DNA of 64,000 bases from an uncultured Candidatus Saccharibacteria bacterium (GCA_964550425.1 CAZJZB010000001.1:3509-67508); one strand, 5' to 3'; shown: positions 37,456 to 47,836, counted from the stretch's first letter. Program-made: numbers and translations. Notes: generated by a model from the sequence alone, not told the origin.

Positions 37456-40400
37456 GTGAAGCATCTCGAAGGATTGAATGAAGCACAAAAGCGCGCCGTG
37501 CTCGCAAAAGACGGTCCCATTTCGGTCCTCGCCGGTGCCGGAAGCGGGAAGACACGCGTGCTCGCAACGCGTATCTATCATCTTATCCGGGAGGGTGTCC
37601 TTGCGGACCAGATTCTTGCCGTCACTTTTACCAATAAAGCCGCCCGCGAGATGCGAAATCGGGTCCGCACCATGCTCGAACCCGATGACCATGCTGTTTC
37701 CGAGCCCTTCATAGCCACGTTCCACGGCCTTGGTCGAGAACTTCTCCAAAGCTATGGGAAAAGTATCGGCGTCCCTCGTTTCTTCAGCGTGTACGATCGT
37801 GATGATTCTGAGAAAGCAATAGCCGCAGCACTCAAAGCGCTTGACGTTTCAGCGAAGGAGCTCTCGCCGCGAGCGGTTTTGAGTCGCATCTCGCGCGCGA
37901 AAGGGGAGGGAATGAGAGCACACGAGTTTTATGAGAAACACGGTCGTGGGAGTTTTGGCGTGCGCATAGCCGCGGAAGCATGGCTTCGCTACGAGAAGAT
38001 TCTTGCTGCAGAAAAAGCGCTCGATTTCGATGATCTCATCGCGCTCCCTCTAAGAATGCTTGAAGAGCATGCCGATGTTCGCGAACTCGCGCAGAATCGT
38101 TGGCGTTATATCCATATTGATGAATATCAGGATACGAATGCGCTTCAGGGACGGCTCGCGAATATGCTCGCGGCGAAACACCGGAATCTTTTTGTCGTCG
38201 GTGATATTGATCAGTGCCTTATTGCCGGGACTAAAATCGCTCTGCCTGACGGATTGAAGCGACCGATAGAAACAATTAAGAAAGGCGATTTTGTTCTTTC
38301 GAACTACGGAAGCGGAGATATGCGCCCGGCACGCGTAACACGCGTTTTTTCAAAAAAAGTATCCGGCAAGCTCACACGCATAACAACCCAGAATGGCCGA
38401 GTGCTCACGAGCACGGCAGAACATCTGCATTTCGCCGGATATCGTCCCGGTCTTACTCCCCAAATGTTTTTTACCTATCTCATGTACAAACAAGGGAAGG
38501 GGTGGAGGATCGGAGTGTCGCAGACGTATACAAAAGGGCAATACAGGCCAACGATTGGATTTCAGCAACGATGTAACCAAGAGCATGGAGATGCTGTCTG
38601 GATAATTGGAACTCACGACAACTCTCAGGAAGCGCGCGTTCTTGAGTACACGCTCTCGCTTCGTTATTCTATTCCGACTTTGCCGTTTCTTGCCCGGAAA
38701 GGAAGCGTAGGCGGATACGTGCACGATCAAAAAGTTCTGGATGACATATTTACATCGTTTGATACTGAACGTAGCGCAAAAAAGTTGCTAAAGGATAGCG
38801 GTCTTTTGAAAGAATATCCGCACCATCGTGCCCAGGCGACTCGGAGCAATCGTCGTAATATCGTTGTTGCGTTTTGCGGAGAACGTCGCGGCAAGACACC
38901 CATGCATCGAATTTCAATTGTTGGAAGCGATGACGAAGGAAAGCGGTTACTGCAGAATACAGGATTTTCAGTTCGTAGAGCTAAACTTGGTTCGAAAAGC
39001 TGGCGATTTGAAACGGCCTATAAAAACTACGGAGCTCTTTTGAACGTCATTCATCATCTGCAGAGTATTTTTCCAACAGCTTATCTCGTGCGAACGGCTC
39101 GTTTGGGTGGCAAGAAAGCACGACCCAAAGATGGGAATTCACTCCCATTCCTTCCAGCGGCAAGCGTGCGTCCCGGCATGGTGCTTTTCGATGAAGGTAG
39201 TGAGTATGATGTGGTACAGGCAGTTACTCAAATATCAGCGAAATATGTTCGTGTCTACGATCTTGATATTGAACACACTCACAACTTTATTGCGAACGGC
39301 ATTGTGACGCACAATTGTATCTATACGTGGCGGGGGGCTTCTGTGGAAAATTTGCTCGAATTCGACAAAGAATACCCCGAGGCGCAGACGATCATTCTCG
39401 AACGCAATTATCGTTCCACGAAGAATCTCGTTGACGCCGCGAATGCGGTCATAGAAAAGAATAAAAATCGCAAGGAAAAATATTCGACAACTGAACGCAG
39501 CGCGGGCGAACCCATCATTGTTCATATGGCGCGCTCCGCCGAGGATGAGGCGAGTTGGATAGCCGTGAAAATACGGGAGCTGATGGCTCGCGGTATTCCT
39601 CCCGAAGATATAGCGATACTTTTCCGTACGAATTTCCAATCACGGGCGCTTGAGGAAGGGCTGCTGCGCGCCGGTGTGCCCTATAAACTCTTAGGTACGC
39701 ACTTTTTCGCGCGCAGGGAAGTGAAAGATGTTCTCGCATGGATACGCCTTTCTATAGACCCTTCGCGCGAGGTTGATAAGATGCGCGCTGCCGCGAGCCC
39801 GCCGCGCGGCATCGGCAAAGTAACGCTTGGGAAGCTCGCGGCGGGACAGCGTTCCACGCTTCGTGCGGGCGAACAGGCAAAAGTCGAGCAGTTTGAGCGC
39901 GTCATCGGCGAGCTTGCGCGCGCAGCACTCTCGCTTACTCCTTCCGAATTCGTAAAACTCGTCATTGAGAAGAGCGGCATGCGCCGCGCGCTTGTGGATG
40001 AAGGAAGCGCCGAAGACCGCGAACGCTTTGAAAACGTAGAAGAGCTTGCTTCGGTTGCGGCGCGCCATGATTCCGTACCCGGCATGGAAGGCATCGCTGC
40101 GTTCCTTGCCGAAGCCGCGCTTGCAAGCGATCAGGATGAGTTGGATCATCCCTCGAGGCACTCGGGACAGGGGGGTGAGAAGGTGGGTGTTACACTCATG
40201 ACCGTCCATGCTGCGAAGGGTCTTGAGTTCGGCACTGTCTTTGTAAGCGGTATGGAGGAGGGACTATTCCCGCATCAGGGCATGGGCGGGAATCCGCCAG
40301 CTGGCGGAGATCGCGATGAAGAAGAGGAGCGGCGGCTCTTCTATGTCGCGATGACCCGCGCAAAAGAACGTCTTTTTCTCACGCTCGCTCGCGTACGCAA

Positions 40401-40509
40401 GATCTACGGAACCGATTACGCCGCCGAACCCTCATCATTTCTTGCCGATATCGATTCCTCACTCATGCTCTATGATGAAAGCCATGGAGAAACGATTATC
40501 GAGGCGTAG
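37456..40509 (+). CDS. pcrA: PcrA/UvrD superfamily I helicase interrupted by an intein
   Basis: AGAGSGKT, VTFTNKAA, DEYQDTN, VGDIDQ|...|CIYTWRGA, NYRST, TVHAAKGLEF, EERRLFYVAMTRA. Confidence 0.94.
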   Translation: MKHLEGLNEAQKRAVLAKDGPISVLAGAGSGKTRVLATRIYHLIREGVLADQILAVTFTNKAAREMRNRVRTMLEPDDHAVSEPFIATFHGLGRELLQSYGKSIGVPRFFSVYDRDDSEKAIAAALKALDVSAKELSPRAVLSRISRAKGEGMRAHEFYEKHGRGSFGVRIAAEAWLRYEKILAAEKALDFDDLIALPLRMLEEHADVRELAQNRWRYIHIDEYQDTNALQGRLANMLAAKHRNLFVVGDIDQCLIAGTKIALPDGLKRPIETIKKGDFVLSNYGSGDMRPARVTRVFSKKVSGKLTRITTQNGRVLTSTAEHLHFAGYRPGLTPQMFFTYLMYKQGKGWRIGVSQTYTKGQYRPTIGFQQRCNQEHGDAVWIIGTHDNSQEARVLEYTLSLRYSIPTLPFLARKGSVGGYVHDQKVLDDIFTSFDTERSAKKLLKDSGLLKEYPHHRAQATRSNRRNIVVAFCGERRGKTPMHRISIVGSDDEGKRLLQNTGFSVRRAKLGSKSWRFETAYKNYGALLNVIHHLQSIFPTAYLVRTARLGGKKARPKDGNSLPFLPAASVRPGMVLFDEGSEYDVVQAVTQISAKYVRVYDLDIEHTHNFIANGIVTHNCIYTWRGASVENLLEFDKEYPEAQTIILERNYRSTKNLVDAANAVIEKNKNRKEKYSTTERSAGEPIIVHMARSAEDEASWIAVKIRELMARGIPPEDIAILFRTNFQSRALEEGLLRAGVPYKLLGTHFFARREVKDVLAWIRLSIDPSREVDKMRAAASPPRGIGKVTLGKLAAGQRSTLRAGEQAKVEQFERVIGELARAALSLTPSEFVKLVIEKSGMRRALVDEGSAEDRERFENVEELASVAARHDSVPGMEGIAAFLAEAALASDQDELDHPSRHSGQGGEKVGVTLMTVHAAKGLEFGTVFVSGMEEGLFPHQGMGGNPPAGGDRDEEEERRLFYVAMTRAKERLFLTLARVRKIYGTDYAAEPSSFLADIDSSLMLYDESHGETIIEA
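38215..39315 (+). mobile_element. Intein (367 aa) in helicase motif III
   Basis: Starts CLIAGTKI, block B TSTAEH, ends VYDLDIEHTHNFIANGIVTHN followed by Cys+1. Confidence 0.93.
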
Positions 40510-40531
40510 ATAAATGAGCTATACTCATTAT

Positions 40532-42820
40532 ATGAAAAAGGTTTTGGTTTCCATATCGATAATCGCAATAGTTGTTATTGGTGTAGTGCTCACGTCTTTA
40601 TTTTTTACTAAACCGGAAAGTATTACAACAAAAGATATTTCGTTGCCGCAAAAGACAAATAATACTTCTTGCGCTGTGATTTCATCTGCAAACAAGGTCT
40701 ATTGTTTTGGTGGACGCGATGGCAATATCGACTATGATTCCATTATCGAATACGACTTAACGAAAAAGGTTTTAGAAACAAAATCTACTAAATTACCAGC
40801 GCCAACTTTTGGTCATTCATGTGTGGAAGATTCTGGCTCAAATAAGATTTACTGTTTTGGTGGATACAGTCCATCATTCTCTTCCGCAATATTTGAATAC
40901 AACCCTCAAGATGGTGATCTAAGAACAAAGTCGGCGTATTTACCAAAAGGAACTGGCGGAATCTCCTGCGCAGAATTTCCTGAAAATCACAAAATTTATT
41001 GCTTCGGTGGATTCACAGGAGAAAGTATACCCGGACCATTAACCGAAGGTTCTTATGGAGAAGGAATCTATCGGAACGCGTTTGTGATGTCTAGTCAGAT
41101 TACGGAATACGACCCGAGTACAGACGCTATTGCAGTAAAGAAATCTGTTTTCCCTGATGGCAGAGATGACACTTCTTGTGTTTATAGTGTGAAAACTCAA
41201 AAAATTTATTGTTTTGGTGGAGGCAATGCGGACAGTGCCTTTGATCAAATTCTTGAATATGATCCATCCGTTGATAAATTGGCTATCAAGGAAGCAAAGT
41301 TACCAGCAAAAATGGAAATCCTATCGTGTGCCGAGAATTCCAATAACAAAATTTATTGCTTCGGCGGCAAAACCATCAGAGCTGATCAAAGCAGTATTCT
41401 GTATAATAAAATTTCAGAATATGATCCTGTTGCAGACCGGTTAGTTACAAGACCAATAACGTTGCCAGTCGCAATTGGCGGTCTTCAATGCGTTAAAGAT
41501 TCATCAACTCCTAACAATATACTTTGTTTTGGCGGTTGGGCAGAGAAATCATCGGATTTAATTTTCGAATATTACCGAGGAAATAAGATTTATCAGATAA
41601 TAGAATTTATTAAGAAATTTAAGCCCGTCCTACCTACTTGGCTAGAAAAAGCTTTTCAATTTGGCAGTGGTTCCTCAGATACCGTATATGACATGTATTG
41701 CGTTTCCCCGATAAAAATTCCTTTAGAGCAATCCGTTAATGCAGTTTCTGAAAGTGCTTCCCAATTATTTATTGACAAATTATATGAGAGTAGTTTGGAG
41801 GATTTAACATCTAATCTTAAAAATAAAATATATATTAATTCAGAAATACCAACCGCTCTTGCTCACATGGGAGTCAAATTGATACAAGCCGATCAATTTG
41901 ATGACGCCCTTGCTTTTCTTCAATGCGATGCTGAAAAATATTATCACTCGAGATCAATGTACATGCTTGCTCAGGTATATAAACATGGGAGCGCCGATTA
42001 TTTTCCTGGCTCGGTTATGAAAACAAAAATCGAACCAGATTTGAAGCAATCATATTTTTGGATTGCGGCCTTAATGCATATAGAATCTATAGAGAACAAT
42101 GGTCTTTTGGATATGTCGGATTCCGGCTGGAGTATTATTGGACTACTCGATTCTTTGCAGAATGATTCGTCTTTGAGTGACAATGCTCTTTTAACCAAAG
42201 AGCAGGAAGCCATCTCATTTGTGGGGAAAAGATACCCGGAAGTTCTTAATGGAGAAGCGTCTGTTTATGCCCACTCAATGCGCGCAATGATTCCTGCATT
42301 GGAAAATCCAGGAACCATTAAAAAAGAATCTAACAAACCTCCTACAGAACCAATTACTCCCAATATTGTCGTCGGTGCATATGTTAATAAAACGCACGGA
42401 TTAAGTATGCGTGTACCCACAGGATGGGCTTTTGATGAGAGCAACGCATACACGGTGTCTGGTGGACTTGTAGGAAGTATTGGAACTTTCTACGACCCAA
42501 AAATTGGTAGGGGTAGTGATAATGCATCTGCTCCGGATATATGGATACACTTTGGTTCTGCTAACGGGGCAGATTTGGATACCATTACGACGGATTTCCC
42601 AATAGAGAGTAAAAAAGTAATGATCTTAAAAAACGGTCTGCAGGCAGAAATTATCGTTTGGACATATACCGACCAAAAAAGGGGGCCTCGAAAACTTTTA
42701 AAACTAAACGTTATAAAAAACGATATCCTCTATTCTGTTGTGGGAGAATCGCTTGAATCAGACTGGGTGAAATATGGGAAATTAATTGAATCATCTGTAT
42801 TAACGTTCGATTTCATTTAA
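40532..42820 (+). CDS. AT-rich membrane-anchored Kelch beta-propeller protein with further domains
   Basis: Six blades of the form SC...KIYCFGG...I.EYDP, a Sel1-like helix pair (MYMLAQVYKHG...SYFW), PsbP-like C-terminus. Confidence 0.8.
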   Translation: MKKVLVSISIIAIVVIGVVLTSLFFTKPESITTKDISLPQKTNNTSCAVISSANKVYCFGGRDGNIDYDSIIEYDLTKKVLETKSTKLPAPTFGHSCVEDSGSNKIYCFGGYSPSFSSAIFEYNPQDGDLRTKSAYLPKGTGGISCAEFPENHKIYCFGGFTGESIPGPLTEGSYGEGIYRNAFVMSSQITEYDPSTDAIAVKKSVFPDGRDDTSCVYSVKTQKIYCFGGGNADSAFDQILEYDPSVDKLAIKEAKLPAKMEILSCAENSNNKIYCFGGKTIRADQSSILYNKISEYDPVADRLVTRPITLPVAIGGLQCVKDSSTPNNILCFGGWAEKSSDLIFEYYRGNKIYQIIEFIKKFKPVLPTWLEKAFQFGSGSSDTVYDMYCVSPIKIPLEQSVNAVSESASQLFIDKLYESSLEDLTSNLKNKIYINSEIPTALAHMGVKLIQADQFDDALAFLQCDAEKYYHSRSMYMLAQVYKHGSADYFPGSVMKTKIEPDLKQSYFWIAALMHIESIENNGLLDMSDSGWSIIGLLDSLQNDSSLSDNALLTKEQEAISFVGKRYPEVLNGEASVYAHSMRAMIPALENPGTIKKESNKPPTEPITPNIVVGAYVNKTHGLSMRVPTGWAFDESNAYTVSGGLVGSIGTFYDPKIGRGSDNASAPDIWIHFGSANGADLDTITTDFPIESKKVMILKNGLQAEIIVWTYTDQKRGPRKLLKLNVIKNDILYSVVGESLESDWVKYGKLIESSVLTFDFI

Positions 42821-42892
42821 TACAGAGCCAAGATACTTTGTCCCCAACATGATGATTATCTTAACTTGCGCATCGTGTGATACACTCATCTC

Positions 42893-43237
42893 ATGGATGC
42901 CATTCTCTTTATCGTAGGTATAGTAATGCTGATAAAAGGTAATATACAAGCTACCTCACACAGTGAGATTTCTAAGACAGCCGGAAGAGTGCTCGGTATT
43001 TTGTTACTATTGCCGGGTCTCAATGCTTTTCTGTACGGATTTCTCTCAAAACAACAAGGAGTCACTTTTTGGAATACATTAAATCAACCGTGGGTAGAAT
43101 CAGAAATCTTTCCGCTAGGGGTAGATCTTCAATCGGCTTTACTGGTTTTAGCGTTTGTAGCGATTTTGATCACAATTTTATTTTTTCGTAAACCAATCGG
43201 CATAGTTCCATCGCCGACACCTTCGACTCTTCTTTAA
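42893..43237 (+). CDS. Small membrane protein
   Basis: Three hydrophobic segments; TGA-TACACT 6 nt before the ATG. Confidence 0.7.
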   Translation: MDAILFIVGIVMLIKGNIQATSHSEISKTAGRVLGILLLLPGLNAFLYGFLSKQQGVTFWNTLNQPWVESEIFPLGVDLQSALLVLAFVAILITILFFRKPIGIVPSPTPSTLL

Positions 43238-43294
43238 AAACATTTGAATTTAATTAAATTGCATCCAGAATCACAGGTGATACACTTTTGATAT

Positions 43295-43537
43295 ATGGCT
43301 ACAACCAAAGAACGGATTCTGGTAACGCTGACGTCTGAAATGGCGAGGGCCGTGCGTGGTTACGCAAAACGAGACCGTGTATCGCAGGCATCTGTCTTTA
43401 CGCGCGCTATGCGTGCACTGATTGAAGATGAAGAGGACAAATATTTATCGGCAATAGGAGACAAAATTGCCGAGAATCCCGGGAAATTTATTTCTTCACG
43501 TGAATTCTGGAAACGGGTAAACAAGCGTCGCGCATGA
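43295..43537 (+). CDS. RHH-type antitoxin
   Basis: Similar to 19791-20015 (KERILVTL...AKRDRV...IEDEED); ATGA overlap with the toxin. Confidence 0.75.
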   Translation: MATTKERILVTLTSEMARAVRGYAKRDRVSQASVFTRAMRALIEDEEDKYLSAIGDKIAENPGKFISSREFWKRVNKRRA

Positions 43538-43800
43538 GTCGTTATTCCATTAGTTTTACTAAACGAGCTGAAGATGATGCCGTTCGTCTCGATGCTTTTA
43601 TATTGGAACGCGCCAAATTGGCGATAGGAACAAAACTTGTGGTTGACCCATTCCGTTTCGGTAAATCGCTTGGATATTCTTTGCGCCATGTACGAGCGCT
43701 TCGAGTCGGCGACTGGCGTGTACTGTATCAAATTTCTGGCGCTGCAGTCATAATCCTCACAATTCGACATCGCAAGCAGGGTTATAGTGACCTCGCATAA
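43534..43800 (+). CDS. RelE/ParE family toxin
   Basis: GKSLGYSLRHVRALRVGDWRVLY...IRHR. Confidence 0.88.
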   Translation: MSRYSISFTKRAEDDAVRLDAFILERAKLAIGTKLVVDPFRFGKSLGYSLRHVRALRVGDWRVLYQISGAAVIILTIRHRKQGYSDLA

Positions 43801-44600
43801 TGCGCGCTAAAAAGAGTTTGGGCCAACACTTCCTGATGCACGCGCGCATCGCGGAGAGGATCGCGATGGTCGCGAATCTCGCGCACGATGACACCGTACT
43901 GGAAATAGGTCCGGGGACAGGGATGCTCACCCGCGCGCTGTTGCAGCGCGCGGGGAAGGTGGTGGCGATTGAAGCGGATTACGAACTTTTTTTGAAGTTG
44001 CACATTGAGTTTGCAAGTGAGATCGCGGATGGTCGCCTCAAACTCATACACGGCGACATCCGCAAATATCCACTAAATACTGCTATAGCAGAAAATAGTG
44101 GATACCATGTAGTGGCGAACATCCCCTACTATCTCACTGGCGAAATATTTCGAATGTTTCTTGAATCATCGAATCAACCAAGTGCGATAACGCTTCTTGT
44201 GCAGAAGGAAGTTGCCGAGCGTATCGCTCGCACAAAAAAGCCCCTCGACTTCGCTCGGGGTAAAGAAAGCATCCTCTCGCTCTCGGTGAAGGCGTACGGA
44301 ACAGCGAAGTATGAATTTACTGTACCGCGTGGGGCCTTTAAGCCCGCACCGAACGTTGACTCTGCAGTACTCACCATTCGTGATATTTCACGGAAAAACT
44401 TTTCAACGCTTGAGGAAGAACGGCGGTTCTTCGCTCTTATTCATGCGGGGTTCGCGCATAAGCGCAAATTCGTGCGGAATAATCTCGTTGATGCTGGTCT
44501 CCCTACCGGGGACATTCCCCTGAAAGCCCGCGCCGAAGACCTGTCGCTCTCTGTATGGATTTCCCTGAGCAAAATCGAAGGGCTTGGTATAAGTAGATAA
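43800..44600 (+). CDS. rsmA: 16S rRNA adenine dimethyltransferase RsmA/KsgA
   Basis: KKSLGQHFL, VLEIGPGTG, VANIPYYLT, QKEVAER, PAPNVDSA. Confidence 0.95.
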   Translation: MRAKKSLGQHFLMHARIAERIAMVANLAHDDTVLEIGPGTGMLTRALLQRAGKVVAIEADYELFLKLHIEFASEIADGRLKLIHGDIRKYPLNTAIAENSGYHVVANIPYYLTGEIFRMFLESSNQPSAITLLVQKEVAERIARTKKPLDFARGKESILSLSVKAYGTAKYEFTVPRGAFKPAPNVDSAVLTIRDISRKNFSTLEEERRFFALIHAGFAHKRKFVRNNLVDAGLPTGDIPLKARAEDLSLSVWISLSKIEGLGISR

Positions 44601-44696
44601 TCCCGGCCTTCCGAGGTGTTCCTTTCTAACACACCTTATATACAGATACAACCACTCCTCTTTCCGGCCTTGACTGCTATACTTTAGAGCGAAGCT

Positions 44697-45713
44697 ATGA
44701 GGGAAAATATTCTAGAACATTGGCGTATTCTTACCGCAACACTCTTCTCGGTAGTGCTTATTGGCGGCGTGTATGTGCTTGGGCGCGGTATTGAATCGCC
44801 TTCACGCGCGCAGGCCTCCGCCGAGACAGCGCTTTTGCAGGCGATCGCGACAAAGGACGCTGACGGCGACGGCCTCCCTGATTGGGAAGAGGTTCTCTAC
44901 GGTACCTCTCCGAGCACTACCGATACGTTTCATCTCGGCATGACCGATGGGGAGGCGGTCGCTCGAGGTCTTATTGTGCCGAAGGCGATTGCCGATATTC
45001 CCGTCGCCGGTTCGGAGACATCGCCCTCGGGAGCACCCTCGGAGGGAACTATTACCGCCGCTTTCGCAAAAACATTTTTCACGCTCTATCTCGCCGCGAA
45101 GCAGGCGAGCGGCGGAGCGGATCTTTCCGAAAGCGACATGAGCAATGTCGCCAATCAAGCGTTGCAGTCGCTTTCAACATCTCTCGCCGCCGCGCCTGAT
45201 TTTAAATCCGCAAAAGACCTCACTGTGCAGGGTGCGGGCGCAGAGGCGCTTAAAGAATTTGCTGTGCGGGCCGAAGCGGTGCTCTTGAGGAAATCGAGCA
45301 ATGCGACGAAGAGTGAAATTCTATATCTGCAAGACGCGGTTGAGAAGAACGATACCGAGGCACTTTTATACATATCCTCCATAGCGAAGGCGTATCGGGA
45401 ATCCGCCGTTGGGCTTGCGGTACTCCCCGTGCCTGCGGAGCTCGTGGGAGACGACCTCGCGCTCGTAAATGCGCTCATGCGTATAAGCCAGATAGCCGAC
45501 GACTTCACTAAAGTGAATGATGACCCATTGGCGACCATACTTGCATTGCAGCAATATCCGCAAGCAGTGCTCGCTCTCGGCAACGCGTTCATACACGTCG
45601 GTACGATATATAAAACAGCCAATATTTCCCTCCCTGCGGGCGCGCCCGGCGCTACCTTCGTGAATCTCATGCAGAATATCGCCGCAAGCCAGCAAGCCGC
45701 CAAGAAGCCATGA
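44697..45713 (+). CDS. Membrane-anchored protein with a thrombospondin type 3-like Ca-binding motif
   Basis: N-terminal TM, DADGDGLPDWEE...GT.P...DT. Confidence 0.78.
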   Translation: MRENILEHWRILTATLFSVVLIGGVYVLGRGIESPSRAQASAETALLQAIATKDADGDGLPDWEEVLYGTSPSTTDTFHLGMTDGEAVARGLIVPKAIADIPVAGSETSPSGAPSEGTITAAFAKTFFTLYLAAKQASGGADLSESDMSNVANQALQSLSTSLAAAPDFKSAKDLTVQGAGAEALKEFAVRAEAVLLRKSSNATKSEILYLQDAVEKNDTEALLYISSIAKAYRESAVGLAVLPVPAELVGDDLALVNALMRISQIADDFTKVNDDPLATILALQQYPQAVLALGNAFIHVGTIYKTANISLPAGAPGATFVNLMQNIAASQQAAKKP

Positions 45714-47836
45714 AGCCATCTTTTTTTTATAAAACGCTTGCCATACTCCTTGCTGTCGTACTCATTACGCCTTCTGCGTTTTTCATCGCTCCTCAGAAAG
45801 TGCACGCACAACTTCAGGGACCCACCTTCGAGGGTCCTACACTGGACGTCGCCTCTGGTGCTGGTGTTTTGCAGGGACCAACCCAGAGTGGAGCTACCTT
45901 AGATGTTGCACCCGCTGGCTGCTTATCAACTATTGCGGCGGCAACTGCCGCTGTAGCAACGGAGTTCGGTCTTTCTACCGGAGTTAAACCCCATGGTGCT
46001 AGTCCAGGCAACCTTTTACTTGGAGCTGGTCAATGCGTCACGAGTGCCATCTCTCTCATCCAGGAGAGCATCACCGCCGCCTCGCAAGTTACGGGTACCG
46101 CCGCGCTTGTCGCCATGCAGATCGACGCGTATGTCCTCCAACCGCTCGCTTTTGTCCTATCGGGGAAACTGCTGAAGGCGATAACCGAGGGTGTCATAGC
46201 GTTTGTCATCGGCAAGGCCAACGGCACTGGCATTCCGCAGTTCGTGGCGGACATACAAGTATCTCTGCAGACGGTGTCAGACGTACACACGCTTGCATAT
46301 CTCGACCAGTACATGCGGAGTTCACAATCGCCTTATTCCGGTTCAATCGTATCTGCGCTTCGCAAAGAATATTTTAATAAAACATCCCTCGCCGGATTCT
46401 GGGCTAGAAATATGGATACATTGCGCGCGACATCGCCCAATCCCTACGGCTACCTCAACGGCAACTGGGCGCTCGGCGGCGTGGAAGCGTGGTTCGCGCT
46501 CACGACTCAAATTCAAAACAATCCCTACGCGCTGTATCCAAGTGTTCGCGACCAGCTCGCGAGCGTTATCGGGCCGGGTGTCGGCGGCGCCACCGGCGCG
46601 CGTCTTGCTGATCTAGCTCATGGCGGCGGCTTCGTGTCGTGGTGCGGCGAGAGCGACGGCATGCTCGGCGCAATCTCGACGACTGACACTGCCGGCGTGA
46701 ACGCAGCCGCCGTCGACGAATCCGCTAACGCCGCCTATGACGCCGCCTACGCCGCCGCAAAAAGTTCCGGCAAATCTGAACGCGAGGCCGAGGCCGCCGC
46801 CGGTGCCGCTCAGAAAGCTGAAAAAGCCGCCGCTCTTGCTCGCGCAAAAGCGGCGAATACCAGCAATAAATTGATTGGTACAGGTATCGCTCCCGGGGAC
46901 CCATGCACCAATGCAGACGGCACAACGGGTACCATTAAGACACCTGCCTCGGTTATCACAGCATCTCTCAATAAAGTGCTTGGCGGCCAGCAGGACTCGA
47001 TTGTCCGGATGGGTAACGTAGGCCCTGAAATCAATAATATCTTAGGCAATATCGCGACTGTCTTGAAGACCGTGGACTTCGCGGTAAAAATCTTAGGCGG
47101 CCCCGGTTCCGGCGGCCTTTTCGGAGTCAATAAACCATCTGGCTCAAATGCAACTTCGCAACTTCGGCAATATACGAATTCGCCGGGCAATCTGGGCGTT
47201 ACCAATTCCAATGTGTTCGCAACTGCCGCAACGCTTACAACATCCGGCTCCGATATGTTGGATCGTGCGGCGCAGTATGAGTCGGCCGTGAATACTATTC
47301 GGAGTGCGGCAAATACCGCGTCAACGAACATTACGTCCCTCGTTGACTTCTGTATCGCCCAACAAGCAGTTGCATCAAGCACTTTAGCAAGTACCGGCAA
47401 TGCGACAGACCTGACAAATCTTGCTAACTTTACAAATACCAGCACGGCTCAAATAAGCGTCGCGCAGACCGCGCTCGCGACAGAAATCGCGCCGATACTC
47501 GCTCAAACGGCTGCCGCTTCTACAACCATCGCGGCGGCGCGCGCGATGGTGCAGAAGGTACAGAATGCGAACGCTACAGGAGCCGGCAACACCGCCGATA
47601 TACTGACGCTCCAAAATATGCCGCCAACGCCCGCCGACCTGGCAAATGCGCAACAGGCAACTCTAAAAACCGGCGCGCAAATGGCGACAGCGAGCCCCAC
47701 CGGCTCACTCACTGTTTCCGGCCCCATTCTCATTGACCGGCTGGAGCTCATCGGTATAAATGCGACGGCACTTAAGGGCTCTGCTTGCACCGCGCCGACA
47801 CCAACGCCTCTGGTCCCGCTTACGCCTCCCATTTAA
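45710..47836 (+). CDS. Large secreted Ala/Thr-rich hypothetical protein
   Basis: Signal peptide ending KVHA|Q; GGGFVSWC and IKTP motifs. Confidence 0.8.
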   Translation: MKPSFFYKTLAILLAVVLITPSAFFIAPQKVHAQLQGPTFEGPTLDVASGAGVLQGPTQSGATLDVAPAGCLSTIAAATAAVATEFGLSTGVKPHGASPGNLLLGAGQCVTSAISLIQESITAASQVTGTAALVAMQIDAYVLQPLAFVLSGKLLKAITEGVIAFVIGKANGTGIPQFVADIQVSLQTVSDVHTLAYLDQYMRSSQSPYSGSIVSALRKEYFNKTSLAGFWARNMDTLRATSPNPYGYLNGNWALGGVEAWFALTTQIQNNPYALYPSVRDQLASVIGPGVGGATGARLADLAHGGGFVSWCGESDGMLGAISTTDTAGVNAAAVDESANAAYDAAYAAAKSSGKSEREAEAAAGAAQKAEKAAALARAKAANTSNKLIGTGIAPGDPCTNADGTTGTIKTPASVITASLNKVLGGQQDSIVRMGNVGPEINNILGNIATVLKTVDFAVKILGGPGSGGLFGVNKPSGSNATSQLRQYTNSPGNLGVTNSNVFATAATLTTSGSDMLDRAAQYESAVNTIRSAANTASTNITSLVDFCIAQQAVASSTLASTGNATDLTNLANFTNTSTAQISVAQTALATEIAPILAQTAAASTTIAAARAMVQKVQNANATGAGNTADILTLQNMPPTPADLANAQQATLKTGAQMATASPTGSLTVSGPILIDRLELIGINATALKGSACTAPTPTPLVPLTPPI

